Assembly: GCF_006345805.1 (NCBI RefSeq)
Contig: NC_042999.1
Location: forward strand, 94,984,001 to 95,048,000
Length of the DNA stretch: 64,000 nucleotides
From: Octopus sinensis
Lineage: Eukaryota
Direction: 5' to 3'
The position numbers were made by a program, and so were the translations under genes. Positions within the stretch are counted from its first letter, which is position 1, and each line of letters starts with the position of its first letter. Under the pieces are notes generated by a model. The model searched no databases and had not been told where the DNA came from. It was given only the letters and a program-made list of their open reading frames with translations. Below, one piece after another: positions 1 to 12,110 of this stretch.

Positions 1-480
1 AGTTTCCACTGATTGATTGGCAATTTTGGTAAACTTGAATCAAATTAAGATTTCTTGCACCGAAAGGATCACCCTGATAACCCTATGCCCCTGCTGTGTA
101 GGTAGCAAGTGACTCAATCTTAGGCTGAATGCAAATAAATAAAAGTTATTTTTATGAAAATCCCTTGGGGCGGGGGTCAACTTAACCATTTTTCATTTTT
201 AATCCTACTTGAATGAAACATCCTGGGCTCCCGCTGGATAACTTAAATCAACCGAAAGCATAAATAGATTCATTGAATGGATAACTTGTGAGTATAAAGG
301 GTCGGTTTATCGATTTTTTTAATGGCTTTCTGGGGTGACTGAGGAAATGTAAAGATCTTCACGACCACCCTGAGACAGTTTTGAATGCCCATAGAAAATG
401 CGAGCCTTTTACGTGAAAAACTGGGGATTTGTATAAAGGACACACAGATACACAGACATTTTGCCGTTTATAGATATAAA
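1..480. mobile_element. Possible Helentron/HINE-like non-autonomous repeat fragment
   Basis: Ends in cacacagatacacagacattttgccgtttatagatata, resembling the microsatellite plus T-rich/TATAGAT terminus of DINE-1/HINE-type elements. No second copy in the window to confirm. Confidence 0.3.
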
Positions 481-696
481 TTTTATTTGTTTATAGATAT
501 AAGTTTTATTTGTTAGTCTCACTCTTTATCAATTTTAGTGAATTAAAGCTAAAAAAAATGAAAATTAAGTGAATCATCGACCATTAAATGTGTATACATT
601 TTAAGAAACACCGTATATATATATATATATATATTCAAATTATGATGATCGTAAACAAACAAACGAAGATTGCGTTAGAAACGTTGAGATATCTTA

Positions 697-970
697 TATA
701 AGAATTATAGGAATGGAGTAGATAAAATCCGGGTTACACATGTTTCATAGCGAGCGGAACCTCGGAAGTGGTAATTATCCAAGCGAGATGATCGAATCAC
801 CGTGTGTTAACATATACCACCTTGTAAAGTTCATTTAATCAAGATACCCTTGACCTTACAAGTAGCTTGCGGTATACACCTCGCTTCGATATATACCATT
901 TTCGAGGTTCCGCTTGCTATGAAACATATGTAGCCCGGATCTTATCTACTCTCTTCCTTAACTCTTGTAT
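697..970. mobile_element. MITE with ~93-bp terminal inverted repeats
   Basis: 697-790 (ataagaattataggaatggagtagataaaatccggg...aagcgagatg) is the reverse complement of 877-970 at roughly 80-85% identity. A second copy lies at 54726-54905. Confidence 0.85.
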
Positions 971-1173
971 CGTTATTATTCGCATGTCGTGGTTGCCAAC
1001 CCTGGTTACCTAACGTGAAATATAAAATATTGCCTTTTTAGTTTATCGTACATCGATATGAAAAATCCTCAGCTTTCCGCCTCCATAAACTAAATTTGTG
1101 ACTGAAAGTTATTTTTTATATTTACTACGGTTTGCTTGAAGCTAACATTCTTCCTACACCCCTATATTAGAAT

Positions 1174-1176
<3 letters not shown>

Positions 1177-1230
<54 letters not shown>

Positions 1231-1239
1231 ATATATATA
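1177..1239. repeat. (TA)n microsatellite
   Basis: Directly visible. Confidence 0.95.
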
Positions 1240-1414
1240 GTTAATCCAAACATGAAAACACAACAACGCGAGGACGTGGAACAAGTATAGTGTTATTGGA
1301 TACTCAGGAAAGGAAGGAAGGAAAGAAGGATTTAACGTTTCGAGCGGAGCTCTTCAGAAACATAGGAAAAGGAAAAATCCAGGGAAGGGAAGACGGAGGG
1401 AAAAAATCGCCAAC
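1238..1414 (-). mobile_element. Short Penelope-terminus-like element, subfamily H1, between (TA)n tracts
   Basis: Homologous to 14568-14772 and (inverted, partial) to 54469-54556. Contains a hammerhead-like core on the minus strand. Confidence 0.8.
1331..1362 (-). ncRNA. Degenerate minimal hammerhead ribozyme motif
   Basis: Minus strand reads tgttt-CTGAAGA-gctccgctc-GAAA-cgtt-aaa, a 3-nt deletion relative to the 14660-14696 copy. Confidence 0.5.
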
Positions 1415-2253
1415 ATACATATATATATATATATATATATGCGTATAAGCGTGTGTGTACGGGAGTTTCACAGTAGTCAACGAGCAAGTACTCTTTATGC
1501 TGTATCTTATGTCCAGTAGCCTAACTGTGAGACGAAGACCTTATGTACCTGTATGAAATGTGATCTGGGGTCGGTATCATTGAATAAACCATTAAAAGGC
1601 AATGCACTAACAAGGCCAAACTTGTATTATTTCAGCAAAAATTATAGTACTTCATGCTTAGCTGTCCATTACAGTCATGTTTATACTTAAATTTATTATG
1701 TTGACTATTTTACATAATAGTCTTTTTGGTTTTTTTGTTTTTTTCTTTCGCAGAGTCTGCTTTCTTTAACCGGATATTTTTACTTTCATCTTGATCGAAA
1801 TTGCTTCATGATTTCCATTCCGGTTTACATGTGGTTATAACTAATCAAATCTTTCAAGATAATATCATCATCGGTTATTTCCTAGATATTCATATCTCTC
1901 TCTCTCTTTCTTTCTTTCTCTTTCCCTCTCTCTATCTTCCTCTCTCTTTCTCTCGCCTTCTCTCCCTCCCTCTTTCTCTTTCTCTCTTTTATACAATTAA
2001 TATTATCTGTCCTCACTATTGCATTACCCCCATTTTTTCACCCTCAAATAATTTCTGGCCTTCAACCTGTATAGAAAAAGAAATCGATACATTACGAAAT
2101 TGTTACGTTCTGTATTTCCGTTGTGATATGCTTTCCGTTATACAATTTATATGTAATATTAAAACATTAATTTTCGCTTTACCCATATATTTCTGGCTAA
2201 CAAATGCTTACAAATTTATAGAAGTAAATTACATCTTCTGAATAAGTCTGTTT

Positions 2254-2453
2254 GGCACAAGACCAGCAATGTCGAGAGGAAAGATAAGTCAATTACATTG
2301 ATCCCAGTACTTGACTGCTACTTATTTTATCGACCCGAAAGGATGGAAGTCAAAGTCAGTTTTGGCAGCATTTGAACTCAGATCGTAAAGCACCATCATA
2401 AATGTCACTATGTATTTTGTCTGGCGGAGTAACTATTCCGGCAGCAAACTACC
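2254..2453 (-). mobile_element. SINE family A (tRNA-like head, Nin/Deu-like central motif)
   Basis: Reverse complement matches 9739-9952 and 47160-47378 (gactttgacttccatcctttcgggtcgataaaataagta). Confidence 0.85.
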
Positions 2454-5400
2454 ATAAAGTTCGGTGCTCCTGATCTCTCCAGTCACTTTCCGTTGACCTC
2501 ATTACATTCACGTCTTCAACAAGCTGAGAAGAGTGAATGTTTAAATTAAAATTTGAAGAACAGTATCTGAAGCTATCTTCATCTTTGATATCCAGGGTTA
2601 CTGTTTTTTTTTTTTTTATCAGACGTTAGTTTTTTTGTGACATCTATGACTACCCAATCATACTACCCAATCGTTTACTGATCAAAGAGAGCAGTGATCA
2701 CCGCTTTCTATTCCTACCCATCTAATGCTTTCAGACGGTTTATCTCGTACTGTATGATACTCATTTATTAAGGCAATAAGGCATGGTTTGGATGATATTT
2801 AACTGTCATTTCAAGAATGTTGAACAGTTACAGTAAGTTTTTCTTCATTGTCAGCAGTATATTGCATATAAGTTATTTTAATGTTTCATATAACTTGACT
2901 ATCAAACTTCCATACATTTACATGTATGTGTCGTATGACAACTACAAATATCCAAGTCGCTGTGTAAACTCTATTTGAAGTAAAGTTCACAAAACGGAAA
3001 ACCATTTTGGGAATATTATTGAACTAACTTCTGTTGGTAGCGACCATCACTAGTTTCCTTGGACTACAGTGTTTTACTTTGATAAGATAGATTGATACAG
3101 TTTAAATCAATATTGACATTATTTTCGCTGTGGGAAGACTAAAATCCAATAGCCTTACTTCATACAGAAACTTCGTTTCCATTCTTTACCGTAGGACATT
3201 AAGAACAAGCAAAGTTATCTATTTATTTAAATAGAGCATAAGTCTAACTGTTGTAAGGTAAAGATGTCAATGGTTAAATCGACCTCAACCTGTTACTGGT
3301 ATTGCTTTTATCAACGAAGAAGAGAAAAGAGCAAAGTTAAATCTGGCAGTGACAAAGGGGCACAACTAAATTAATCTGAAACACTGTAAGACATTTAATC
3401 TGGTATTTCACTGCTTTTAATCAATATCACCCTAAATATCAATACTGATTGAAATACGTCAAAGGTGTTCTTAATAACCTGCGAAATATTTAATTGATCA
3501 GATTATGTTTATACAACGAATTTCGATGCAAACAAAGCGATAAAGTTATTGAAATTTTTATTGAAAATCTTGGTTTTAATTATATGATGCGGTGAACTTG
3601 TATTGGTTATTCCTGAACTTATTTTTAAAAATTGCCAAAATATTAGCTCTACGTTGATTAAAAAGATAATTACATTTGAAAAAAGCATAAAATCACCTTG
3701 AAATTAAAGTTTGCAAATATTCTTTGAATTTTGGTTCTATATAAATCACATATGAACCAATCTGGAGTTTCTGTGTACTTTTCTTCTCAATGTGTGACTT
3801 CAGGTCAATACTGGCATTGAGCAATTTTGGTTCGCTACAAACAGAATGACTACTACACAGGGTTAATTTAACCGACTATAGATAACCTGATCAAACAACA
3901 TTGTCTTTATGCAAAAGAAATCCAGCATCATACGGCATATATATATATTTAAAATGTCATTTTGTCATGTAATGCCTTCGAGAAAGTTATGCATGACGTA
4001 TCAGTTATCATTTTTTCATAACACTTACAGGTAACTACTAACCATTTATGGTATCGCATGGTAACCTTATACACAAAACATTACCAAAACTGAATCTCAA
4101 AGACCAAGCTTCCTACTTAGCATTAGGAAACACGGCAGTTCAGAATATGACAACTAAAACAAACCATGGTGGGTACCCCATATATCTGGAACGTATCACT
4201 ACGACATGAGAAAACATTCTAGACCCATCCACAGAAAACTCAAGCTGATTGCAAACCATTTCTCAAAACACTTATTCACTAATTCACCCACTCTATGTGT
4301 CTTCTACTTATATCTTCTAACAACAATGCTTGAGTTTCTCTAACAATTGTCCCTTGTCCTAACCAGCTTGATGCAACTTCTTTACCTCTTATCATTCGTG
4401 TTGTTTTATACATAACAAAGCTAGGTATACACAGATCCCTAAAGCAGATATTCAAGCCAACGAAAAAACGCAACTTAAGAAATCATCCGCATAATTGCTC
4501 TACTTGCTACAAATAGTAGATAGGTTTTCGTCAAATTACACCCAACAGTCTTGAAATAGTTGTAGGGGTCGCTAAAGATTTTAGTCCTAGTTAGTAATAC
4601 ATGAGTAAAGAGCAGTAGAGTCATGATAGGAACGCTTAAATCTACTCAGTTAATCTGAAATTTCATGCTTTCTCACTACTTCTCTGCAGTTATTGAACTA
4701 TTATAGAGGTTGAATCAAATTAATCCGATATCACCTACGAGGATTAGTGAATAATTATTCTACTTCTTCAGACTTGATGATAAGAAAATAAGTATATATT
4801 AATCTTCATGTATAGATTGGCTAGAATGCTGTATAGAGAGTCTTGCAGTATTTACTCAAGCTCTCCTCATTCTGATTTTAAAGCCTGCCCAAATTCATTT
4901 TACTATGATCCATCCAGATTCGCTAAAAATACCATTCAAGTACTGCTGTCAGTCTCTCCCTCTTTATCCCGGAATCGACATTGCATCCGGTGAAGTTTTC
5001 TGGGAGACGTCACTTACCCCAGAACTAGCGAAGAGTTGATCGAGGGGCTTGCAACCTCTTCCTATTGAACTACTGATACGCTTCAGGAACTGCTCGAATA
5101 AAAAGTTGTAAGCAACGCCAATGCTGAGATTTAGACTCATAAAACTATGACCGTAACATTAATAATACAAATCTTCATTCATAGCGAACTCAGAAACCTT
5201 AGAATAGATCAATAGAGTAAAACTAAAGAGTCAATAAAAGTTCTGTTGAAATTGGAATCTATAATAGTGTTTGCCTAGCAGCTGTTTTTATTTAGAAAAC
5301 AAATTAAAGATTGTAAAATATAATGTTTCGTTTCGCGTCTCTTGAGATTAACTTCTGCGCGTTTATTTCTTCCATTCTTTGCATTTCTCTCCAATTAGTA

Positions 5401-5813
5401 ATTCATAAATAGAATAGTTTCATAAAACAAGATATTTGATAAGTGATAGGACAGGCATATGAAAATATGTAGGACGCTGGTAAATTTCGAAATGTTTGGC
5501 ATGCACACTGAAATCAGCTTGACACGTAGGATAATTACTAAGCTGGCTACCGTGGCAAATAGAATTCTATGAATCTATATTACGTTTTAAGCAAAAAAAA
5601 TATGGTTTCTGATCATATCATTCCGCATTATTCAAAAAATTAAATAAGTTAAATAAGTATAAATTAATTCAACTACACTCCTTCAAAAATTGTTCAAATA
5701 AATAATTTGACGTTGACAGAATCAAGTTGCGTCCAAAATTACTAAAGATAAATTCACGAGAAATAACGCAACAGTAACACACACACACACATGCTGTATG
5801 TATGTATACATAC

Positions 5814-5866
<53 letters not shown>

Positions 5867-5872
<6 letters not shown>

Positions 5873-6091
5873 TGACCAAAAGTCACCTGACAGTAAATCA
5901 AAACCATTTAATTCCAAGATATATTTATGTTTAACAATTGAGTGAACTCAGTAAAAGTATCTAAAAATGAAACATCATAAAAATTGTTCAAACCGAAGCC
6001 CTTCTTGGCCAATACATTTTTTTTCAATTCGAGTCGATACTGAATTACAGATAGTATTTATAGAATTGTGCTTTACTTTTGGCCAATCCTG
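5867..6091 (-). mobile_element. Internally deleted Tc1/mariner element (MITE)
   Basis: Termini tagggttgaccaaaagt and acttttggccaatcctg, flanked by TA. Minus strand encodes KCIGQEGLRFEQ, like a mariner/maT transposase C-terminus. Confidence 0.7.
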
Positions 6092-6451
6092 TATGTATGT
6101 ATGTATATATATATATATATGTATGTATGTATGTATGCATGTATGTATATGCATAAGTGTGTGTGTGTGTGTGCGTGCGTGCGTGTATGTATATTAGTAT
6201 GTATATGTAGGACGGCATTTTGTTCGGCGTGCTAACGATTCTCCAGCTTGCCGCCTATTGTAAATGAGTATTGAGTAAAACACACATATTAATGAGTAAA
6301 AGTTAGTTGTGATATTATGCCTTGCTCCTAAAGTTTAGCGGAACAAGAAAAGCAGTGTGGCTTCTGCCAAAGCTCTCAAATTCACTGTAGCGGGTGAATA
6401 CATAGTTCTTTACGAATCTAATACCTTGTTATATACCATATCTTCCATTGC

Positions 6452-7098
6452 AAAATAATGCCTAATCAAGACAAACTATTTTTACAAAAATTATAGCAAG
6501 CACTTTGGAATAACAGATATGGCTGTATATTTCGTTTCATAACCACGTGACTTGGATTCACTGCATGGCCCCTTTGGAAATGGTCCTTTATTATAACTTC
6601 CAGTTGAACGTTTTAAGTGAAAATTGGCTAACAGAAACCGAGAAGAACTACTGTGAATTTCCTCTCCACAAGAACATGCGAATGCGTTTCTGAAGCATTG
6701 AAATATATCATTTTTATTCTGCTCGAACTCAAATCTAACCAAAGTTTATTTTGACTTTTATCATTTCTAGCTCGATAGAATAAGTTCCTATATAATATAA
6801 TGCATCAGACGGATCCATTTCTCAAACCCATCCCAACAGTAATTAATTTCGAGTTTAGAGCTAAAATATAATTGTTAATTTCTTGGTGATTAATGTAACA
6901 AAATGGAACATTCTTTTCATAATTCTTGCTTACCGGATCAAGATGCTATAAGTAAAGCCGTTATCCTGCAAAGTCTGATCCCAGTAAATAAGCGTTTCCA
7001 ATGCAGGGATTTTAACGAACTACACAGTCATATCTGTTATTCCAAAATGCTTATTATAATTTCTGTAAGAATAGTTTGTCTTGATTAGACATTATTTT
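6452..7098. repeat. Inverted repeat with ~77-bp arms (6452-6528 and 7021-7098)
   Basis: aaaataatgcctaatcaagacaaactatttttacaaaaattatagcaagcactttggaataacagatatggctgt pairs with acagtcatatctgttattccaaaatgcttattataatttctgtaagaatagtttgtcttgattagacattatttt. Confidence 0.85.
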
Positions 7099-7111
7099 AG
7101 TCAAATTAAAT

Positions 7112-7297
7112 CATAAGGCCAACAATTTCGGAGGGAGAGAGTAAGTCGATTACATAGGACCCAGTGCTCAACTGGTATTTGTTTCATCGATACCGAAAGG
7201 ATGAAAGGCAAAATCAACCCCAGGACATATGAACCCATAACGTAAAGACAGACGAAATGCCACTAAGCATTTTGCCCGGCCTGCCAGCTTGCCACTT
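7112..7297 (-). mobile_element. SINE family A
   Basis: Reverse-complement match to family A (ccgaaaggatgaaaggcaaaatcaacc...gcattttgcccggc). Confidence 0.85.
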
Positions 7298-7344
7298 TAA
7301 TTAAAGCAACATTTTAATAATGATTTATTACTTTCTGTTATTGG

Positions 7345-7585
7345 TGTGGTTCAGCTTTAGTCGATCTCATCTATAGCCAAAGGCATTCCATCCGTGACTA
7401 CAACGTCGTTTTTTTTTCATTTTGGACAGTGTATCTGGAACTACGATATGGAATGTATCCTTTTTTTATTAATTCATTTATTTATTTATTTATCTATTAT
7501 TTATTGAAGCTTAGAAGTTGTGTTAAGAGGGGAATTTGATTAACATGTCTAGCAGGCTGAATGATCACGCACAGGCTTTCTCGCT
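7345..7585 (-). mobile_element. Repeat family C (headless SINE-like), degenerate
   Basis: Shares the aaggcattcca..cgtgac and tctagcagg motifs with copies at 20355, 25820, 26183, 32745 and 41900. Confidence 0.6.
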
Positions 7586-8776
7586 ACTACGCTTCTTGTT
7601 TATTTACAATTGGGAAATTAAACAACCGTTTACTGACTCGTAAATATTGAATTAAAAGAGAAAGCAATTGTATAAAGCAACAGTAACCGTTTTACGGTAT
7701 CACTTGCAAATGACAAAAAAAAACATTGCAATTCAATATCTGTAGTAGCAAGAACCAACAGAAAAGCAACAACATGAAGAGTTACAACAATAACAACAGA
7801 AAAGTAAAACAACAAAAGAAGATACTATTTGCCAATGACGTTATCTCAATATGTTACATTTTATCTTGAGAGTTTCTTTATTCTTCAGTGTAATATTTAC
7901 ATTATAATATTATTAAGATAGTATTTACCTCTTTTTAAAATTTTATTTTTGTTTTTCCTTCTTATTGGTATTTTCTTAAATTTTTTTTTATTTAATACAC
8001 AATATTTCTGTTTCGTAAATTGCCATTTTCCATTCAAGCAATCCATCTTAGGATGGTGCGTGCTGTGTCAGGTATATGTCAGTTTAGTCGATCATTAGTG
8101 CTCTCTCCATTTAGCTATCGACTCAACGTTCTGTTTCGTTGAAGCTCTTTCCACATTTTTTTCCGCTAAATTATATTGTTTACAACAGATAACTCAATAT
8201 GTAGGAATACTGAAAGATGAACTTAATGATTATGGTTTCACATCCTGTGACTGACTATACATTATAGACATCGTTTTATTCTCAACAACAAAGTCCACTT
8301 AAGTGTGAGTGCTGGAGTGCAATAGCTATAAGATCAGTAATTTTTCGTTTATTTGTAGAGTTCTTAAGTTTAACTCTTTTCAAATGGGGAAAATAATTGC
8401 GAAAATTCGGCACCATATCCAGAAGTATATCTGTCTTTCATATTCTTATCGCTATGGAAAGTGATAATCAACTGCTTCTCTCTGTCTTTTTGTATTACAA
8501 AAATGATTAGCTTTATTTGTTAAGATTAAATAGAATCTTTTCCAGTGCTGCTGCTGCTACTATTACTTCTACATCCCTCTATTATTTCTTTTGAACATAT
8601 TCCTTTTATGGCTTCTTCACTTAAACCGTTGTATTTTCAACTCAGCTCTGCAGCATTCTAGTTATACCTACTACCATCTCTGGTTTTAAACGTTGTGCAC
8701 AATATCCTCATTACAAATATTTTTCCTTCAAACATTTACTGACAAGAGTTTAGAATGGTTGATGTTAATTTTTCAT

Positions 8777-8820
8777 GCATATATAATCACCAAGCCTTCA
8801 GGCTTGATGATTATATATGC
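8777..8820. repeat. 44-bp near-perfect palindrome/hairpin
   Basis: gcatatataatcaccaagcct-tc-aggcttgatgattatatatgc; 20 of 21 positions pair. Confidence 0.95.
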
Positions 8821-9574
8821 TACAGAGACAGCTAGATCTATACAAGTATTTTTTCAAAAGCCAATAAGTTCTTTTCTTGTGCAAATAACCAATGGTCTTA
8901 ATCTCACTGTCAACAGAACTGATCATTCATTAATAGATCACTCTGGTCATATAAAATCAGATTCAAATAAAGAAGAAGTTTTTAAATTGCTTTTAAATTG
9001 TGTATATTCTGAGTGTCCTATAAGTTAGCATATCACTGATTGCATTTATTTCATCGGTTTCACATTTTTTCTACTGTTATAAACATTATGCAGTATTGAT
9101 GTCCAAATCAGCGACCAACTGTCTCTAGAGACACATCCAAGTATTGTAAAATGTGGAAATATTTCATAATACAATCCTAGATCAACCGCTATTGAAAATA
9201 AGACGGGATTGTTCCGATAGAACGCCTTTGCTCACGAGATTGCTCGATTATGACTGACCTAGTTATTACTAAACAGCAACTGTAACCAGAACAATATTTT
9301 ATAAAAATTATACCTTGCGGTATTAATTCCGAGTTTTATGTTCTGAGTTCAGATCCCGCGAAGGTCAGCTTTCTTTTTCATCCCTTCAGTTTCATTCCTT
9401 TCATCCCTTAAATTACTAGTACTGGAGCTGGTGGTTTTGATTAATAATCTCCTCTCAAATTTCTTGGTCAGAAACCATCATTTAAACTTGTGCAATTTAT
9501 TGTATAAATCGTTATTGAAGTAGGCATTAATATGATGCCATTATTGTTTTTAACTATATAGAATATTTGAAATA

Positions 9575-9715
9575 CTTCAGTACTTGACTGGCACTCTATA
9601 TTATCGACCCCGGAAGAATAAAAGAGAAAATCGGATTTGGTGGAATTTGGACAAAGAATATAAAGAGCCGTAACCAAATACAGCTAGGCATTTTCTTTGA
9701 TACTTTTGCAATTCT
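9575..9715 (-). mobile_element. SINE family A, degenerate
   Basis: cagtacttgactggcactc..ttatcgacccc..ggtggaatttgg. Confidence 0.65.
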
Positions 9716-9738
9716 AGTATAGAGAGGATCATCAATTA

Positions 9739-9952
9739 AGGCGACGAGCTGGCAGAATCATTAGCACACCGCGCAAAATGCTTAGCAGCGTTTCTTCCGT
9801 CTGTACGTTCTGAGTTCTAATTCCGCCGAAGTCGACTGTGCCTTTCATTCTTTCGAGGTCGATAAAATAAGTACCAGTTGAGCACTAGGGTTGATGTAAT
9901 CGGCATAGCCTCGCCCCCGAAATTTCTGGCCTTGTGCCAAATTTTGAAACTT
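9739..9952 (+). mobile_element. SINE family A, near full length
   Basis: ggcgacgagctggcagaatcattagc head, B-box-like gagttctaattcc, central gcctttcattctttcgaggtcgataaaataagtaccag, tail ggccttgtgcc. Confidence 0.9.
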
Positions 9953-11904
9953 ATATAAAGAATAGCATTATCTGCTTCATTTGTGTGTATGTGTGCGTGT
10001 GCATGTATGTGTTCGTATGCAGGTATGAAAGGAGAGAGAGAGAGGGACAGAGAAAAGGAGAAAGAAACCCTCTGTGTATGTGTGCGTGTGTATGCGTGTT
10101 AGAAGTTGCTCGTGATTCTAGTTTAAAACTATGGAGTAGAATTGGATCGTGTGTAACTAAGTGGTAATATTCTGAAAGTATCCATCATCTATACAACATA
10201 AATAAGCAATGAAGTGAGACAAAATGTCAGCGAGAAGCCTTACTTGGAAACTTGATCTCGGGATTGGTAGTTCAACACACTGTTATTTGTTAGCTTCGGA
10301 ATTATGAGGGTGTATATGTTTTATGAGTTATCACACAGAAAAAGAAAATTATATAATTCAATAACAAAAAGGGTAAAATAATTGCAACCTGAAATTTCTA
10401 AAATACGAATGAATGTGTATAAATACCAGTATTTTGTATTATTACGCTTGAATTCACAAAAACACTATGGGGATTTAAGGGGGAAAATGTATATCAAGAA
10501 CAATACGATTTGAAGTTTAATAGCCTTTCGGAGTAGTTCCTTCTGGCGAATATATAAAAAATAAATTCCGCTAAGGCTAATTCTTATTCATAGAATTGTT
10601 TTGGTTTTATTGTTTCGCTTTAGTCTTTCGTTGACGTCAAAGTTAACTATTTATTCTTAAATCAGATCTCCGTTTTCAGGTCTAATAACAGAAATTAATC
10701 GGGTGACATAGTGACCCATGTTAAGAACATAACCGTAAAAATGGAGAGATAACATACTTTCAAACTTCAATGGGCACTATTCACTTTGAGTTCTAACCGA
10801 TATTGGAACTCAAAGAAGAAAAAGGGTAATAAAATAAGCACAATATAATACGATATAATTTTTAAAAAACAGCCAACAGAAAACAGCAAACAATAAGATG
10901 TCACTAAGTAACGTTAGAGATTAGGCAAACATATTTAAAACATGAATTTCTTGGTTGGAACAGCCAGGACCACGAAACTAACTACACAATCGATTGTCAA
11001 GATTGTAAAAAAAAAAAAAAAAGTATAAAACTGACATGAATTTGTAGAAAAGAAACAAAAAGCAATGTTGAAATTGCTGACTTCTTCGATGATTAAATAT
11101 TGGTTGAAGAGAATAAAAAAAAGAAGCAGGGAGAAAATGGCAGAATGTCTTGTAGCTATATCTATAGTTTTGTCTCTTCAACTTGGTTGAACATTGCAAA
11201 ACAAACACAGCCCATAATAGGAAAACAATGCACACAGATTCACTACATACATATATATATATGTGTGTATATACATACATATTCTGCGCATGTAGTTTTG
11301 TGTGTGTGTCTGCGTGTATGTAATAACTGGAAAGATTTCAAAAGAATAATGTCTTGTCATTTTGTAGATGATCATTGCTCAGCTATTTTTGTTGATGTTG
11401 GTATTCGTGATTCCGTTGTTATCGTTGTTCTTTCAGTTATTGTTATTGTTTTATCCGTTTTGATGTTGCGATTGTTGTTATTAATAACTTAGTAAAGAGT
11501 TTAACTTCTCATATATATCACTTTTGTTACTGTTGTTGGAGAATTCTTTCATATTTGTTTTTCTCCGCCTTCTTTTGCTTTTCTTCGCTTTTTTTCTGTC
11601 TTTTAATTTATATGTTGTTAAATTTTATTTATTTATTTTTTGCTTTGTTTCTTTCAAATACATCTGCAGTACACACACATGCGCACACAAATACTTAAAC
11701 ACAAACTGATTTAAACACACATACACAATATGCAAAAATATATTAAGGGCTGAGAAATAACTCCAGTAGGGACAATCTCATGAGAGATACACCCCACCAT
11801 GAGATATTTCTTTCGAACAAAAACACCCTCGGAAGGGATTATAACCAAGAAAAGCACAAGTCCCACAATATCAGTGTATAATAATGGTTTGTAAATTAGA
11901 CGAA

Positions 11905-12110
11905 AAATGGGAATTTTGGGGTGATACGTTTAGTCGATAGCATCGTACTCAGTGATAATATATTTTCTCATTGGTACTATATTTTGTTACAACAGAAAGG
12001 CTGAATAGCAAAACTGATTTTGGTGGGATTCGATCTCAGAACGTAAAGAGCGGGAAGAAGGTATTTTTTTTTCCGACGCTTCAACTATTCTGCCAGTTTT
12101 CCGGCATCAC
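11905..12110 (-). mobile_element. SINE family A, degenerate
   Basis: tggtacta..gaaaggctgaatagcaaaactga..ctcagaacgtaaag..attctgccag. Confidence 0.7.

Noticed and set aside
1720-2241. Polypyrimidine tract plus cag acceptor followed by a 146-aa ORF
   Set aside because: The ORF is largely a CT microsatellite with no recognisable domain or convincing donor site.
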